A DNA stretch of 64,000 nucleotides from a candidate division FCPU426 bacterium (GTDB lineage Bacteria > Oederibacteriota > Muellerivitia > Muellerivitales > Muellerivitaceae), in assembly GCA_963796105.1 (NCBI GenBank), contig CAWCKJ010000003.1:384001-448000 (forward strand), read 5' to 3'. Position 1 is the first letter of the stretch, and every line of letters starts with the position of its first letter. The notes under the pieces were generated by a model that was not told where the DNA came from, did not search any database, and saw nothing but the letters and a program-made list of their open reading frames with translations. Below, one piece after another: positions 48,149 to 58,736 of the stretch. The translations under genes and the position numbers were made by a program.

Positions 48149-48349
48149 AACAACTCCTCTAATTCATTTTTTAAACATTTTTATTTTTTTCAACATCAAT
48201 TATCAAACTTGCTTTGACTCACTTTTTGTTATACCCATTTTCATCATACCAGTTAAGTGAATTTTAAGGCATGAAGAAAATCTTTATAATCGTTAAAAAA
48301 TAAATAAATTAAAATATAAAATAAATTTCACAAGATTCACTCCAATAAA

Positions 48350-48386
48350 CCAATCCGAAACTTCTCAGGAACCGCCAGAAATAAAT
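48350..48386 (-). pseudogene. Possible flhG remnant
   Basis: Frame reads *FISGGS*EVSD where flhG normally follows flhF; very short match. Confidence 0.25.
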
Positions 48387-48397
48387 CACTTTAGAAT

Positions 48398-49597
48398 TTA
48401 ACTTAATAGTGACCTTACAATCCTTTCTGATAATGTATTTACTTCAGCAATCTCAAGATCATCAGGAACGTTTTGTCCTGTTGCGTAATAAGACAATGGA
48501 ATTTGAAAATTATTCATCAAATTCAAAAAAGCTCCATAATATCGCGTTTCGTCCAATTTCGTAAAAATCATTCTATTGATTGGGACTGCAAGACCAAAAC
48601 ATTCTATGATTCTTATCATGTCATAGTATTTAGTAGTTGAAGACAGAACAAGGTGAATTTCATCGGGCTGACTTTTTGTTATAAATAACTTTAATTCATC
48701 TAATTGTTCGTTATTGGAAGGACTACGCCCAGCAGTATCAAGCAAAACCAAATCCACACCTTTATGCCGTTCAATTATTCCCTCAATCTCGTCGGAAGAA
48801 TTCGCTACCTCAACAGGTATTCCCATAATCCTCCCATATGTTTTTAATTGTTCAGTTGCAGCAATTCTGTATGTATCTGAAGTAATTAAAGTAACTTTTT
48901 TCCTATTTACCAAACTAAATTTCGCCGCAAGTTTAGCTAAGGTGGTTGTTTTCCCAACGCCGGTGGGGCCAACAAAAGCAATAACTTTTTGAAACCCATT
49001 GAAAGTTAAAGGACTTGCCACCTTTATTAAATTTGATACAAATCGTTGCAACCAAAATTGAACTTCCTCATTTTTTTCAACATTAATTTTTTCATTTATC
49101 ATCCCACGAACAATTCTTTGAATTAGGAACTCCTCAATTTCTTGTTTTACCATTTTTTTCTTAAACCTTGCCAACCCTTCGGCGATTATTAGATTTGTAT
49201 CATTCGGGGTATATTCTTTCATTACAGTTGGCACGGTTGAAGTTTTCATTTCATTAAGTTCCCGCTGTAATGCTTTCACTTTAGTTCTATTCGGATCTAA
49301 ATTTTCTATTACTAGCGTAGAATCTCTACTCAGCATGTTATGTCTTGAAATTTGATGATCTTTTTTTTCAATAGGTATTTGAAGTGATAGAGAGGTATTT
49401 TTTCTCTTAGCAAAATCATCTAATAAATTCAAATCTAACCCGGCAGTTATTTCCGCCATATGTTTACCAAAAAGACCTAAAACACCCCCTTTGCGAAAAG
49501 TTTTAGTATATAAGATCACAGCTTCTGGGCCCAAGTCCTTTTTCACTTTCACTAAAGCTTCTTGAATAGTTGGCGCTTCATACCTTTTTATTCTCAT
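48398..49597 (-). CDS. flhF: SRP-family GTPase FlhF
   Basis: GPTGVGKTTTLAKLAA, DTYRIAA, DTAGRS, TKLDE, GQNVPDD. Confidence 0.96.
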   Translation of the reverse strand: MRIKRYEAPTIQEALVKVKKDLGPEAVILYTKTFRKGGVLGLFGKHMAEITAGLDLNLLDDFAKRKNTSLSLQIPIEKKDHQISRHNMLSRDSTLVIENLDPNRTKVKALQRELNEMKTSTVPTVMKEYTPNDTNLIIAEGLARFKKKMVKQEIEEFLIQRIVRGMINEKINVEKNEEVQFWLQRFVSNLIKVASPLTFNGFQKVIAFVGPTGVGKTTTLAKLAAKFSLVNRKKVTLITSDTYRIAATEQLKTYGRIMGIPVEVANSSDEIEGIIERHKGVDLVLLDTAGRSPSNNEQLDELKLFITKSQPDEIHLVLSSTTKYYDMIRIIECFGLAVPINRMIFTKLDETRYYGAFLNLMNNFQIPLSYYATGQNVPDDLEIAEVNTLSERIVRSLLS

Positions 49598-51675
49598 GCA
49601 CCAACCTCAATAGAACCAACAGATTGTATTTCCGTTCTCGGCAAAAGTTCGCTAAATGACAAAACTGTTAAATGAGGGATAAAACGCTCAATGATTTTTT
49701 TAAAATAGGGACGAACATTCGGTGAACACAAAACCAAAGGCTGCTGATTGTTTCCCGCCATTTTCTCAATCCCGTTTGATAGGCTCCTGAAAATCTGTTG
49801 TAAAAGCCTGGGATCTAATGCTGTAAACGAACCACTTTCAGCAGCTTGTATTGATTCTAATATTGTTTTTTCCAATTTTGGATCTAGAGTTAATGCATAA
49901 ATTTTCCCATCGTTTGACTGGTGAGATTTTGTAATTGAACGCGACAATGCTCTTCTTGCATATTCTGTCAATATTTGAGTATCTTTTGTTTCGCGTATAT
50001 GATCCGCAACAGCCTCTAATATTGTTTCCAAATCGCGTATTGGGATATGTTCCTTTAAAAGGTTTTGAAGGATTTTTTGCAAATCACCAACTAATAAATG
50101 CGATGGAACTGTTTCATCAATAACAGCAGGTGTATCTTTTTTAAAAGTTTCTAATAGTTTTGAAACACTTTGCCGAGTTAAAAACTCATGTGCCTGATTT
50201 CTTATAATTTCAGTTAAATGTGTTGAAATGACAGTCGAAGCATCTACAACTGAATATCCCGCCTGCTCAGCTATTAGCTTTTCATCATCCGTTATCCAAT
50301 ACGCAACCAAATTAAAAGTCGGCTCTTTTGTTTCAATCCCTTGAATTTTTACCAAGTTAGGACCAGTCGCCATTGCCAATAGATGTCCTGGCATAATCTT
50401 CCAACGTGATACTTCCACTCCTTTAATTTTAATAATATATTCAGATGGTTGTAATTGCATATTGTCGCGAATTCGAATTGGAGGAACAACTAAACCCAAG
50501 TCACTTGCCATTTGACGTCTAATACTCGTAATTCTTTCAAGCAAATCACCACCTTGAGCTTCATCAACCAAAGGTATCAAACTATAACCAATTTCGATTT
50601 CTAAATGGTCAACCTGTAATAACGATGAAACATTTTCAGGCTCCTTTTTCTTTTCAGGAATAAGTTGGTTTGCTTTTTCCACTTCTTCTTTTTCCCTTTT
50701 AACAACAGATCGAAGGTAGAATGCCAAAAAACCAGATAACAACGAAATGAAAATAAAAGCAACATGAGGCATTCTGGGAAAGAGTCCGAAAAAAAACATA
50801 ACGCCAGAGGTAATCCAAAGAGCCCTTGGTTGTGCAATAATTTGTTTGATAAGATCTGTTCCAAGATCGCTTTCCGAAGCTGCTCGAGTAACAACAATAC
50901 CTGTTGCGGTTGATAGCATAAGCGCAGGAATTTGAGTTGCTAAACCACCACCTATAGTTAATAGAGTATAACGTGTTAAAACTTCTGCCCAGCCTAACCC
51001 CCCTACATAAAACCCCATCGCAAATCCACCTAATATATTAATGATAGCGATAATAATAGCCGCAATCGCATCCCCACGAACAAACTTGCTGGCTCCGTCC
51101 ATTGCACCATAAAAATCAGCTTCTCTTTCAACCTCCTTGCGTCTTTTCCGAGCTTGATCATCGGTGATTAGACCTGAATTCAAATCCGCATCAATCGCCA
51201 TTTGTTTTCCTGGCATTGCATCTAAAGTAAACCGAGCTGCAACCTCCGCAACCCGTTGAGCACCATTGGTAATAACTATAAATTGAATGATAATTAGAAT
51301 CAGGAAAACAACAAACCCAACTATTGGGCTGCCTCCAATAACAAATTGCCCTATCGATTCAATAACTTTCCCAGCTGCATCTGAACCCTCGTTACCATGT
51401 AAAAGAATTAATCGTGTCGCAGAAACTTCTAATGCAAGGCGGAAAAGCGTTGTTATTAAAAGTAAAGTAGGAAAAATTGAAAATTGCAAAGGTTCAAGCG
51501 TATACATAGTTACCAAAACAACAACAAGAGCCAAAGTAATGTTAAATGAAATAAGAATATCCAAAACGATACTTGGCAATGGAATAAACAACATGAGAAT
51601 AACCATGACTAAGGCAAACGCAATAATAAGACCGCTTTTCTCTTGAATTGTTTTTATAGTGATCGCTTCAGGCAT
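49594..51675 (-). CDS. flhA: Export gate protein FlhA
   Basis: RVAEVAARFTLDAMPGKQMAIDADL, FYGAMDGASKFVRGDA. Confidence 0.98.
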   Translation of the reverse strand: MPEAITIKTIQEKSGLIIAFALVMVILMLFIPLPSIVLDILISFNITLALVVVLVTMYTLEPLQFSIFPTLLLITTLFRLALEVSATRLILLHGNEGSDAAGKVIESIGQFVIGGSPIVGFVVFLILIIIQFIVITNGAQRVAEVAARFTLDAMPGKQMAIDADLNSGLITDDQARKRRKEVEREADFYGAMDGASKFVRGDAIAAIIIAIINILGGFAMGFYVGGLGWAEVLTRYTLLTIGGGLATQIPALMLSTATGIVVTRAASESDLGTDLIKQIIAQPRALWITSGVMFFFGLFPRMPHVAFIFISLLSGFLAFYLRSVVKREKEEVEKANQLIPEKKKEPENVSSLLQVDHLEIEIGYSLIPLVDEAQGGDLLERITSIRRQMASDLGLVVPPIRIRDNMQLQPSEYIIKIKGVEVSRWKIMPGHLLAMATGPNLVKIQGIETKEPTFNLVAYWITDDEKLIAEQAGYSVVDASTVISTHLTEIIRNQAHEFLTRQSVSKLLETFKKDTPAVIDETVPSHLLVGDLQKILQNLLKEHIPIRDLETILEAVADHIRETKDTQILTEYARRALSRSITKSHQSNDGKIYALTLDPKLEKTILESIQAAESGSFTALDPRLLQQIFRSLSNGIEKMAGNNQQPLVLCSPNVRPYFKKIIERFIPHLTVLSFSELLPRTEIQSVGSIEVGA

Positions 51676-51783
51676 TTTCCCCTCAAAAATCCGAGTTAAA
51701 AGAACTTCTGATTTAACCCTTTTAAAATTTTATAATTCATTTCATATTTTCCACAATTACCTTGAATTATCATCTCCCAATTC

Positions 51784-52860
51784 TTACATAGCTGTAGCAT
51801 ATGTTTTTTCTTCTTCTTTTTTGTTCATACGATAAACAAATGCAAGGATTTCAGCAACGGCTTCGAATAAATCCGGAGGAATCGGAGCGCCCACAGGACA
51901 AGATTTTAAAAGAGCTCGTGCCAGAGGTGGATTCTGTACTATTGGAATTTTACATTTATTCGCCATTTCCTTAATTCTTTCCGCAATAACTCTTTCGCCC
52001 TTAGCTAAAACAATTGGAGCTTGCATACCTTTCTTATATTCTAATGCAACTGCTATGTGAGTTGGATTTGTTATAACTACATCTGCATTGGGAATAGCGT
52101 CAAACATTCGCCTTCGAGCCATTTCTCTTTGTATTTGACGAATCCTCGCCTTAATCATTGGATCACCTTCAGATTGGCGGTATTCATCCCTAACCTCTTG
52201 TCTAGTCATTTTAAGGCCTTCTTCGTATTCCCATTTTTGATAAAAATAATCCAAAATTGCCAATATCACCAATATTAATATGATACTATTTAAAATTTTC
52301 ATAGTAAGGGATCCTATAAATTTTAAAGATTCAATACCTTGCATATCAATAGTTGGAATTAAATTGGGCATAGAATTCTTTACCCCTAAATAACCAATCC
52401 ATCCAATGATTAGTAATTTTAAAATGGCCTTTATAAACTCGACCAATGATCGTCTTGAAAATAAACGTTGAAATCCTGTCGCTGGATTAATGTTAGTTAT
52501 TTTAGGTGTTAGCGGTTTTAAACTAAAGAGAACACCAACCTGAAAGTAATTAACAGCAAAACCAGCTAATAAAACCACTCCCAGTATTGGTGCAAGAATT
52601 TTAAAAATTTGCCACATAAAAAAAATGCCAAAAGAGTAAATGTTTTCCAACCCTAAACTAATTCCCATATTCTGATAAGCAGTCACCATTAAAAGACCTA
52701 ATGAATTAATAATATAAGCGCCGGCATATCGAAAAGTCAGGATTGCCGCCAACAAAATTACAACTGAGTTAATCTCGATAGAACGCATGACTTGACCACG
52801 TTCACGCGCTTCTTGCTTTCTTTTTGGTGTTGCTTTTTCAGATCTTGCTGGATCAGCCAT
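51784..52860 (-). CDS. flhB: Export switch protein FlhB
   Basis: SEKATPKRKQEARERGQV, EGDP, NPTH autocleavage motif. Confidence 0.97.
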   Translation of the reverse strand: MADPARSEKATPKRKQEARERGQVMRSIEINSVVILLAAILTFRYAGAYIINSLGLLMVTAYQNMGISLGLENIYSFGIFFMWQIFKILAPILGVVLLAGFAVNYFQVGVLFSLKPLTPKITNINPATGFQRLFSRRSLVEFIKAILKLLIIGWIGYLGVKNSMPNLIPTIDMQGIESLKFIGSLTMKILNSIILILVILAILDYFYQKWEYEEGLKMTRQEVRDEYRQSEGDPMIKARIRQIQREMARRRMFDAIPNADVVITNPTHIAVALEYKKGMQAPIVLAKGERVIAERIKEMANKCKIPIVQNPPLARALLKSCPVGAPIPPDLFEAVAEILAFVYRMNKKEEEKTYATAM

Positions 52861-52884
52861 TTAAACCTCTAATTTTCCAGAAAA

Positions 52885-53670
52885 TCACCTAATGAATTGG
52901 ATTATTGAACTCAAATCACCTTTTAATCCTTTAAACATATCTTGTAAAATGTAAACGAAAAATGACATTGACATAGCCACAATTATTAAACCAACTGCCA
53001 TATTTAATGGCAATCCAACAATAAATACATTCATTTGTGGGACAGTGCGAGCAATTATTCCCAAAGCAAGATTGGTTATAAAAAGTGCTCCAATCACAGG
53101 AGCTCCTACACGAAATGATATGAAAAATACTTTTGAAAATAAATGCATCATTTCAGTTCCTAGTGATGGAGAAAAATGAGCTTGTCCTAAATTAATGGCA
53201 GTAAAACTATCGACAACAGCTCTCAATAGAATATGATGCCCATCTACAGCAAGAAAAACCAATGTTGCGACCAAATAATAATATTGCCCCATAACAGAAA
53301 TTTGAGTGCTCGTAACCGGGTCAATGATATTTACCATTCCGAGCCCCATTTGGATATCTACTATCTGCCCTGCCAACTGTATGCCGGTGAAAAGAAGAGT
53401 TGCACCCAAACCAATGCACAAACCGATTAATAATTCCCTGGAGACCGCCAAACCTAATTGCAAACCCGAAAAAGGTAACTTATCTGTGGTAATCGCAACT
53501 ATCGGAAAAACCAACAATGTTATAAGTAAAGTCCAAGAAGCTTTTAGCTGGACAGGAATGTTACGACTAGCAAAAACAGGTGCGGTAAAGAATATACCTG
53601 CAATTCTCATAAGAATTAAAACAAAAGCAACTACGTCTTTCGTTTGGAAAGCAAAAGGATTGGTTGGCAT
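52885..53670 (-). CDS. fliR: FliR
   Basis: AGQIVDIQMGLGM, ARTVPQMNVFIVGLP. Confidence 0.95.
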   Translation of the reverse strand: MPTNPFAFQTKDVVAFVLILMRIAGIFFTAPVFASRNIPVQLKASWTLLITLLVFPIVAITTDKLPFSGLQLGLAVSRELLIGLCIGLGATLLFTGIQLAGQIVDIQMGLGMVNIIDPVTSTQISVMGQYYYLVATLVFLAVDGHHILLRAVVDSFTAINLGQAHFSPSLGTEMMHLFSKVFFISFRVGAPVIGALFITNLALGIIARTVPQMNVFIVGLPLNMAVGLIIVAMSMSFFVYILQDMFKGLKGDLSSIIQFIR

Positions 53671-53677
53671 CTATTTC

Positions 53678-53947
53678 TCACTTAAAGTAGTTTGGAAGAT
53701 TTATCCATAAATTTGAAGTGTAGTTTAAAAGAATAAGCATCATCCACTTTCCGAAAATTAATATAGCAAAAAAAATTGCAACAATTTTAGGGATAAAAGT
53801 TAAAGTCATTTCCTGAATTTGTGTAACCGCCTGAAATATCGAAACTGCCACACCCACGGCCAATCCGAGCCCTAGTATAGGAGCTGAAATTAACAAGGTT
53901 ATCCATAAAGCTCTATTTGCTAAATCCGCAATAAAATCAACACTCAT
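53678..53947 (-). CDS. fliQ: FliQ
   Basis: VSIFQAVTQIQEMTLTFIPK; ATG 53947. Confidence 0.95.
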   Translation of the reverse strand: MSVDFIADLANRALWITLLISAPILGLGLAVGVAVSIFQAVTQIQEMTLTFIPKIVAIFFAILIFGKWMMLILLNYTSNLWINLPNYFK

Positions 53948-53964
53948 TACTTTCCTCGCATTAA

Positions 53965-54717
53965 TTAAAAACTTAAAGCAATGGAACGCACAATCATATT
54001 CCAACCATCGACCATAATAAAAAGAAGAATTTTAAAAGGAAGGGATATTAATACTGGTGGCAACATCAGCATACCCATTGACATTAAAACTGAAGCAACC
54101 ACCATATCGATTATCAAAAAAGGAATAAATATAATAAAACCCATTTCAAAACCTCTTTTCAACTCACTTATAATGAAGGCTGGAATTAATACCCATGTGG
54201 ATATATCTTCCGGTGTTTTGGGTCTAGTTGATTTAGATAAAGCTACAAAGAGAGCCAAATCTTTTTCGCGAGTTTGCTTAAGCATAAATTGTCGAATGGG
54301 ACTTTCAGCATTTTTCAATGCTTCAACAGTTCCTATTTTATTTGAAAGAAAAGGAGTTATTGCCTCCTTATCAATTTTTGAAAACGTTGGTTGCATCGTA
54401 AAAAAAGTTAAAAACAACGCCAGGCCAACAAGGACCTGATTTGGGGGTACTTGTTGAGTCCCCAAAGCTTGTCTTAAAAAAGCTAAAATAACAACAATTC
54501 TTGTAAAAGAAGTCATCATTATCAATATCGCAGGAGCCAGGGATAATACTGTTAATACGAGAAGAATTTGAATGCTCATTGCAATATCTTGTGAATTTTT
54601 TGCCTGGTCTATACCAATTCTGATACTGGGAAAAGGAAAATCAGCAGCAAAATTCAAGGAAGGAATAAAAAAACAAAAAATAATAACCGAATATATGAAT
54701 TTATTCCCAGCCTTCAT
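53965..54717 (-). CDS. fliP: FliP
   Basis: MMTSFTRIVVILAFLRQALGTQQVPPNQ, LPPVLISLPFK. Confidence 0.97.
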   Translation of the reverse strand: MKAGNKFIYSVIIFCFFIPSLNFAADFPFPSIRIGIDQAKNSQDIAMSIQILLVLTVLSLAPAILIMMTSFTRIVVILAFLRQALGTQQVPPNQVLVGLALFLTFFTMQPTFSKIDKEAITPFLSNKIGTVEALKNAESPIRQFMLKQTREKDLALFVALSKSTRPKTPEDISTWVLIPAFIISELKRGFEMGFIIFIPFLIIDMVVASVLMSMGMLMLPPVLISLPFKILLFIMVDGWNMIVRSIALSF

Positions 54718-55409
54718 TGTTCCTCCGATTTATCCACATTTTCTTTTCTAACCTTGATAATATTTTTTAAATTATTCAAATAACCACTTATGGCATCAGT
54801 ACTTTCGCGAATTGAATTTTCAGCTCCATTTTTTTTAAAATTGATATCTTGTTTTTGAAGTTCACGGTTAAATATATTTTGAAATGCTTTTGGCAAATTT
54901 GTTTTTAAAGCTTCAATCTCTTCTGGCAACGTAATTATATCTAAACAATTTATTTCCTCACGCCCCAAGCCAAGTATTAAAATTTTTCTTCCCACTTCAA
55001 CTAAAAAAATCGCCTTTTGTGGGGCCAAATAAAGAGAAGTTAATACTTTAACCGGTTTTCCTTCATTAAATTGCCTGGCCCAACCTCTTCTTTCCCAAAT
55101 AACCTTTAATCCCCAAAGAGTTAAATAAATTATCGTAATAATTAGAACCAGAGCAAAAAGAATTTTTCCCATTGTATAAAATATACTTGGTGATGGGGTT
55201 TGATTTTCTAAAGGCAGGTTTAAAGGAAGGAGCGTATTTTCTTGGTTGTTTTTTATAATTTGATCTGTTTGAAAAATCAAACTTTGGGAGTCAACGGCGA
55301 TTAATTTAGAAAGATTTAATACAAATATAAAAAAAACAAATAATGTCATCCGTCCAACCAATAAAAACAACTTTACAGAACGGTTAATATTAATCTTTAT
55401 TAAAACCAT
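54714..55409 (-). CDS. fliO: FliO
   Basis: TM, then VKVLTSLYLAPQKAIFLVEVGRKILILG; upstream of fliP; start uncertain. Confidence 0.82.
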   Translation of the reverse strand: MVLIKININRSVKLFLLVGRMTLFVFFIFVLNLSKLIAVDSQSLIFQTDQIIKNNQENTLLPLNLPLENQTPSPSIFYTMGKILFALVLIITIIYLTLWGLKVIWERRGWARQFNEGKPVKVLTSLYLAPQKAIFLVEVGRKILILGLGREEINCLDIITLPEEIEALKTNLPKAFQNIFNRELQKQDINFKKNGAENSIRESTDAISGYLNNLKNIIKVRKENVDKSEEQ

Positions 55410-55435
55410 TGAAATTAGGCCACGCCTATTTGAAA

Positions 55436-56374
55436 TCAGGATTGAACCGCAGTTAACCGTTCCTCAGGATTCAGAATTTCCGTAATCCTAACACCAAAAT
55501 TCTCATCGATAACAACAACTTCACCCTTTGCTATCAATTTTTCATTTATTAATATATCAACAGCTTCTCCGGCTAATTTATCTAGTTCTACAACAGAACC
55601 AGGGGCCAATGCCAATATTTCCTTGACCAATTTTGTTGTTCTCCCCAATTCAACTGTCATTTTTAAGGGGACATCCAGTAAAAGTCCAATATTTCCCTCA
55701 AGTGGACGGTTTGTTACCACGCTATCATTATTTTCCAAAACTACACCTCCTGCGATCTTTTTTTTATTCTCAAGTATAAACTCATCATTTGTTCCACTCA
55801 AAACCTGAAGAGCTTCTGATTCTTTATTAATAAATAAAGAACTTGCGACAAGATCAGGAATACAAAACATAATTTCGCTTGATAATAGACCTTGAATAAA
55901 TATTCCGAATGTTATAACAATTAAATTGTTTTCTTTTAAAAACAAAGTGCTTTTCGACAAAGAGGAATCAAAAAGTGAAATATCAACCAATTCTAAAGAC
56001 TTGTTCGTTGTTGAATTTCTGATTCCATTATCCAGAGATTCAAGTAACTGTTGAACCACTTCTCGATACGCCGAAAAATGAAGTTCACTCATGATTTCAG
56101 CAGGTTGAGACCCGTCTTGCCCAATTAAAATGTCTGAAATTATAGTACAATCTCTCTCCTTCATTAAAAAAAGACCCGATGAATTCACTATACTAGAACT
56201 TTTAAATCTTGCGCAAACATATTTCCCACTTAAACTAAAAGATACGGAATTTAAGTCCTTATTAAATACATCAGAAAAGCTTACAGAAACATCCCTACCT
56301 AAAAGTTCAGTTAAAGAATGCGCCATGCCAGAGGCTACGGACTCAGCGATATTCCTTATCTTACTTGTAACCAT
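55436..56374 (-). CDS. fliY: C-ring protein FliY/FliN (degenerate CheC-like domain plus SpoA domain)
   Basis: C-terminal [16 protein letters not shown]...[14 protein letters not shown]; CheC-like N-terminus. Confidence 0.85.
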   Translation of the reverse strand: MVTSKIRNIAESVASGMAHSLTELLGRDVSVSFSDVFNKDLNSVSFSLSGKYVCARFKSSSIVNSSGLFLMKERDCTIISDILIGQDGSQPAEIMSELHFSAYREVVQQLLESLDNGIRNSTTNKSLELVDISLFDSSLSKSTLFLKENNLIVITFGIFIQGLLSSEIMFCIPDLVASSLFINKESEALQVLSGTNDEFILENKKKIAGGVVLENNDSVVTNRPLEGNIGLLLDVPLKMTVELGRTTKLVKEILALAPGSVVELDKLAGEAVDILINEKLIAKGEVVVIDENFGVRITEILNPEERLTAVQS

Positions 56375-56389
56375 AAACTATCCAAATGA

Positions 56390-57415
56390 TCATAATAATT
56401 CATCACGAAATACAACTCTTGAAATTTGAATCGCCTTTTTTTTCGAGGATATTCCTGGTCGACCCTTTAACTTAACTAAACCCTCTATTAACACATCTAT
56501 TTCATTATGTGGGCTCGAATTTAACCGAACGACATCAGATGTTTTTAACTTCAACAACTCTTGAACAGTAATTTGCGCTGAGCCAACTTGTACAACAAAC
56601 GGCACTTTCGTTTCTTTCATTACTTTTGTTAAATTATCAACAGTTTCCGTTGTTGATTCTTTTTTACCAACGGTAAACCATTTTTGTGCAGATAGATCTC
56701 CAATTACAGGTTCCAAAACAACATATGGAATACACATTGACATTTTCCCGGTCACTTCATTTACCTTCACTTCAAATTCAATTACCGCAGCAATTTCATT
56801 CGGCGCAACAATTTGAACGAATTGTGCTGTCGTTTCATAGCCACTTAGTTTAGGTTGAAAATGACCAACTTTTAGCCAAGCCTCTTGAAGATTTTCCATA
56901 CCCCTATTAATAATCTTCTCAATTACGGATTGTTCAATAAGGGTTAACTCTCGGGCAGCAGTTGGAGCCTTGCCAGGTCCACCCAAAATACGATCTATCA
57001 AAGTTAATACTAATTCGGGATTAATTTCCAATAAAAAAGATCCATCCAAAGGCTCCATTTTAACCACAAAAAGACAATCTGGCCTTGGCAAAGACATTGT
57101 GTATTCACGAAAAGGAAGTTGAGTCACTGAAATAACTTTTATTTCAGCAACGGTACGCAAATACGCAGCTACTGATGCAGTAAACCCCCTTGAAAATATC
57201 TCATGCAACATTTCCAAAGTTCTCATATGATCTTTCGAGAACCGATTTGGTCTATTAAAATCATATGTCTTTATCTTACGACCCTGATCATCAACAATTA
57301 CGCCTAATTCTGTAGTATTCGTCGCTAAGACCTCTTCGGCGCCAGAATTAGTTATACCAACATCTAATTCGGAAAGAAGTGCATTAACTTCTCCGTCGGA
57401 CAATAAGTCTTCCAT
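56390..57415 (-). CDS. fliM: C-ring protein FliM
   Basis: LLSDGEVNALL, YDFNRPNRFSKD, RELTLIE. Confidence 0.95.
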   Translation of the reverse strand: MEDLLSDGEVNALLSELDVGITNSGAEEVLATNTTELGVIVDDQGRKIKTYDFNRPNRFSKDHMRTLEMLHEIFSRGFTASVAAYLRTVAEIKVISVTQLPFREYTMSLPRPDCLFVVKMEPLDGSFLLEINPELVLTLIDRILGGPGKAPTAARELTLIEQSVIEKIINRGMENLQEAWLKVGHFQPKLSGYETTAQFVQIVAPNEIAAVIEFEVKVNEVTGKMSMCIPYVVLEPVIGDLSAQKWFTVGKKESTTETVDNLTKVMKETKVPFVVQVGSAQITVQELLKLKTSDVVRLNSSPHNEIDVLIEGLVKLKGRPGISSKKKAIQISRVVFRDELL

Positions 57416-57452
57416 TTATTGCTTCCTCCCTCCAAAACTCAATTGTAAAAGC

Positions 57453-57929
57453 TTATTGAATTGCAAACTGAGTTAAAAATACATTGGTAATCGCCCCGAA
57501 TTTTAAAGCCTCGTTAATTTTTAACTGAAGTTCTCTTCGAAAGCGTTCTTTTCCTTCGGAGGTAGAGAGTTCTGATGCAATTCGATCATTTAAAAGCGTA
57601 TTGACCAAATCCTGAAATTGCGGAGCCCGATCTTTAACCTCCTTATCTAACTCCAAATTCACTTTGCTATATTCTAGCTGAATTTCCGCCCGAACATAAC
57701 GGGAAGCTTCTTCATCTGCCAAATTCACAATGAAAGTGCCCAGATCAAATATTTTTCCCGGTTCAGGTTTTATTTCAATGATCTTTTCTTCTTTTTGTTG
57801 ATTTGTCTTGGAAAAATAACCCATGAATCCAGCCGTTGCGAGGGCAATCATTCCAAGAGCTGTAACCGCGCTTAATAAAACCAAAAGGTTCAACACCCTC
57901 TTAGTTCCTCTATCTCCTTGATCAGCCAT
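57453..57929 (-). CDS. fliL: FliL
   Basis: TM, FIVNLAD...RYV, ELSTSEGKE, VFLTQFAIQ. Confidence 0.93.
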   Translation of the reverse strand: MADQGDRGTKRVLNLLVLLSAVTALGMIALATAGFMGYFSKTNQQKEEKIIEIKPEPGKIFDLGTFIVNLADEEASRYVRAEIQLEYSKVNLELDKEVKDRAPQFQDLVNTLLNDRIASELSTSEGKERFRRELQLKINEALKFGAITNVFLTQFAIQ

Positions 57930-57947
57930 CTTTATCCCTCCTCTTTA

Positions 57948-58703
57948 TTAATCCAACTTCATGATTACAATGTCGACCCGACGGTTAATCCGTCGATTCG
58001 ATTCACTGATATTCGGCACCAAGGGTTGATATTCTGCATAACCTGCTGCAGAAAATCTGCTCGGATCCAAACCCTTTTCCATCACCAAATACTTAACAAC
58101 CGAAGTGGCACGTAAAGACGAAAGCTCCCAATTACTGATAATTTTGTTAGTGTTTATTGTTAAGTCATCAGTATGTCCTTCAACAGCAACTTGATTATGT
58201 GGGAACTTATTTAAAATTAATGCAACATTATTAAGAATCTCTTTCATTTCAGGTTTAATAAGGTAATCGCCTAAATCAAATAACACTTTATCCGTTAATA
58301 GGCTAATAACTAAACCCTTCGCTTCTTTTCTAATTGAAACTTTATTAGCACCAAGTGGTTTTATTAAATAATTTTTCGCGATTTTCCCAACGTCCTTTTT
58401 TTCATCACCCCCTGGCCCGCCTTCCTCAGGTTCGCCTGGTATGATTTTGTAATGATCGCCTGCGTTTGAACTTTGAGAAGGTAATATTGTCGTATTACCA
58501 GGAATAGGACCAAAAACCGAACGAAATTGAGCCATCATTTCCTGCAATACAACCTTATTTTGAGAAGAGGCAAGAGCGTACAATATAATAAAAAGCGCCA
58601 ATAACAAGGTAATCATGTCGGCGTAAGTTAGTAACCAACGCATCATACCGCCGGATTCAAGTTCCAGTCCGGCTTCCTTGGCACCACCACGACGTTTCGG
58701 CAT
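57948..58703 (-). CDS. motB: Stator B subunit
   Basis: RWLLTYADMITLLLALF; OmpA-like VEGHTD, NWELSSLRA, NRRVDI. Confidence 0.95.
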   Translation of the reverse strand: MPKRRGGAKEAGLELESGGMMRWLLTYADMITLLLALFIILYALASSQNKVVLQEMMAQFRSVFGPIPGNTTILPSQSSNAGDHYKIIPGEPEEGGPGGDEKKDVGKIAKNYLIKPLGANKVSIRKEAKGLVISLLTDKVLFDLGDYLIKPEMKEILNNVALILNKFPHNQVAVEGHTDDLTINTNKIISNWELSSLRATSVVKYLVMEKGLDPSRFSAAGYAEYQPLVPNISESNRRINRRVDIVIMKLD

Positions 58704-58736
58704 TTCCCACTCCCATTAACGGTTTACAACATCAAA

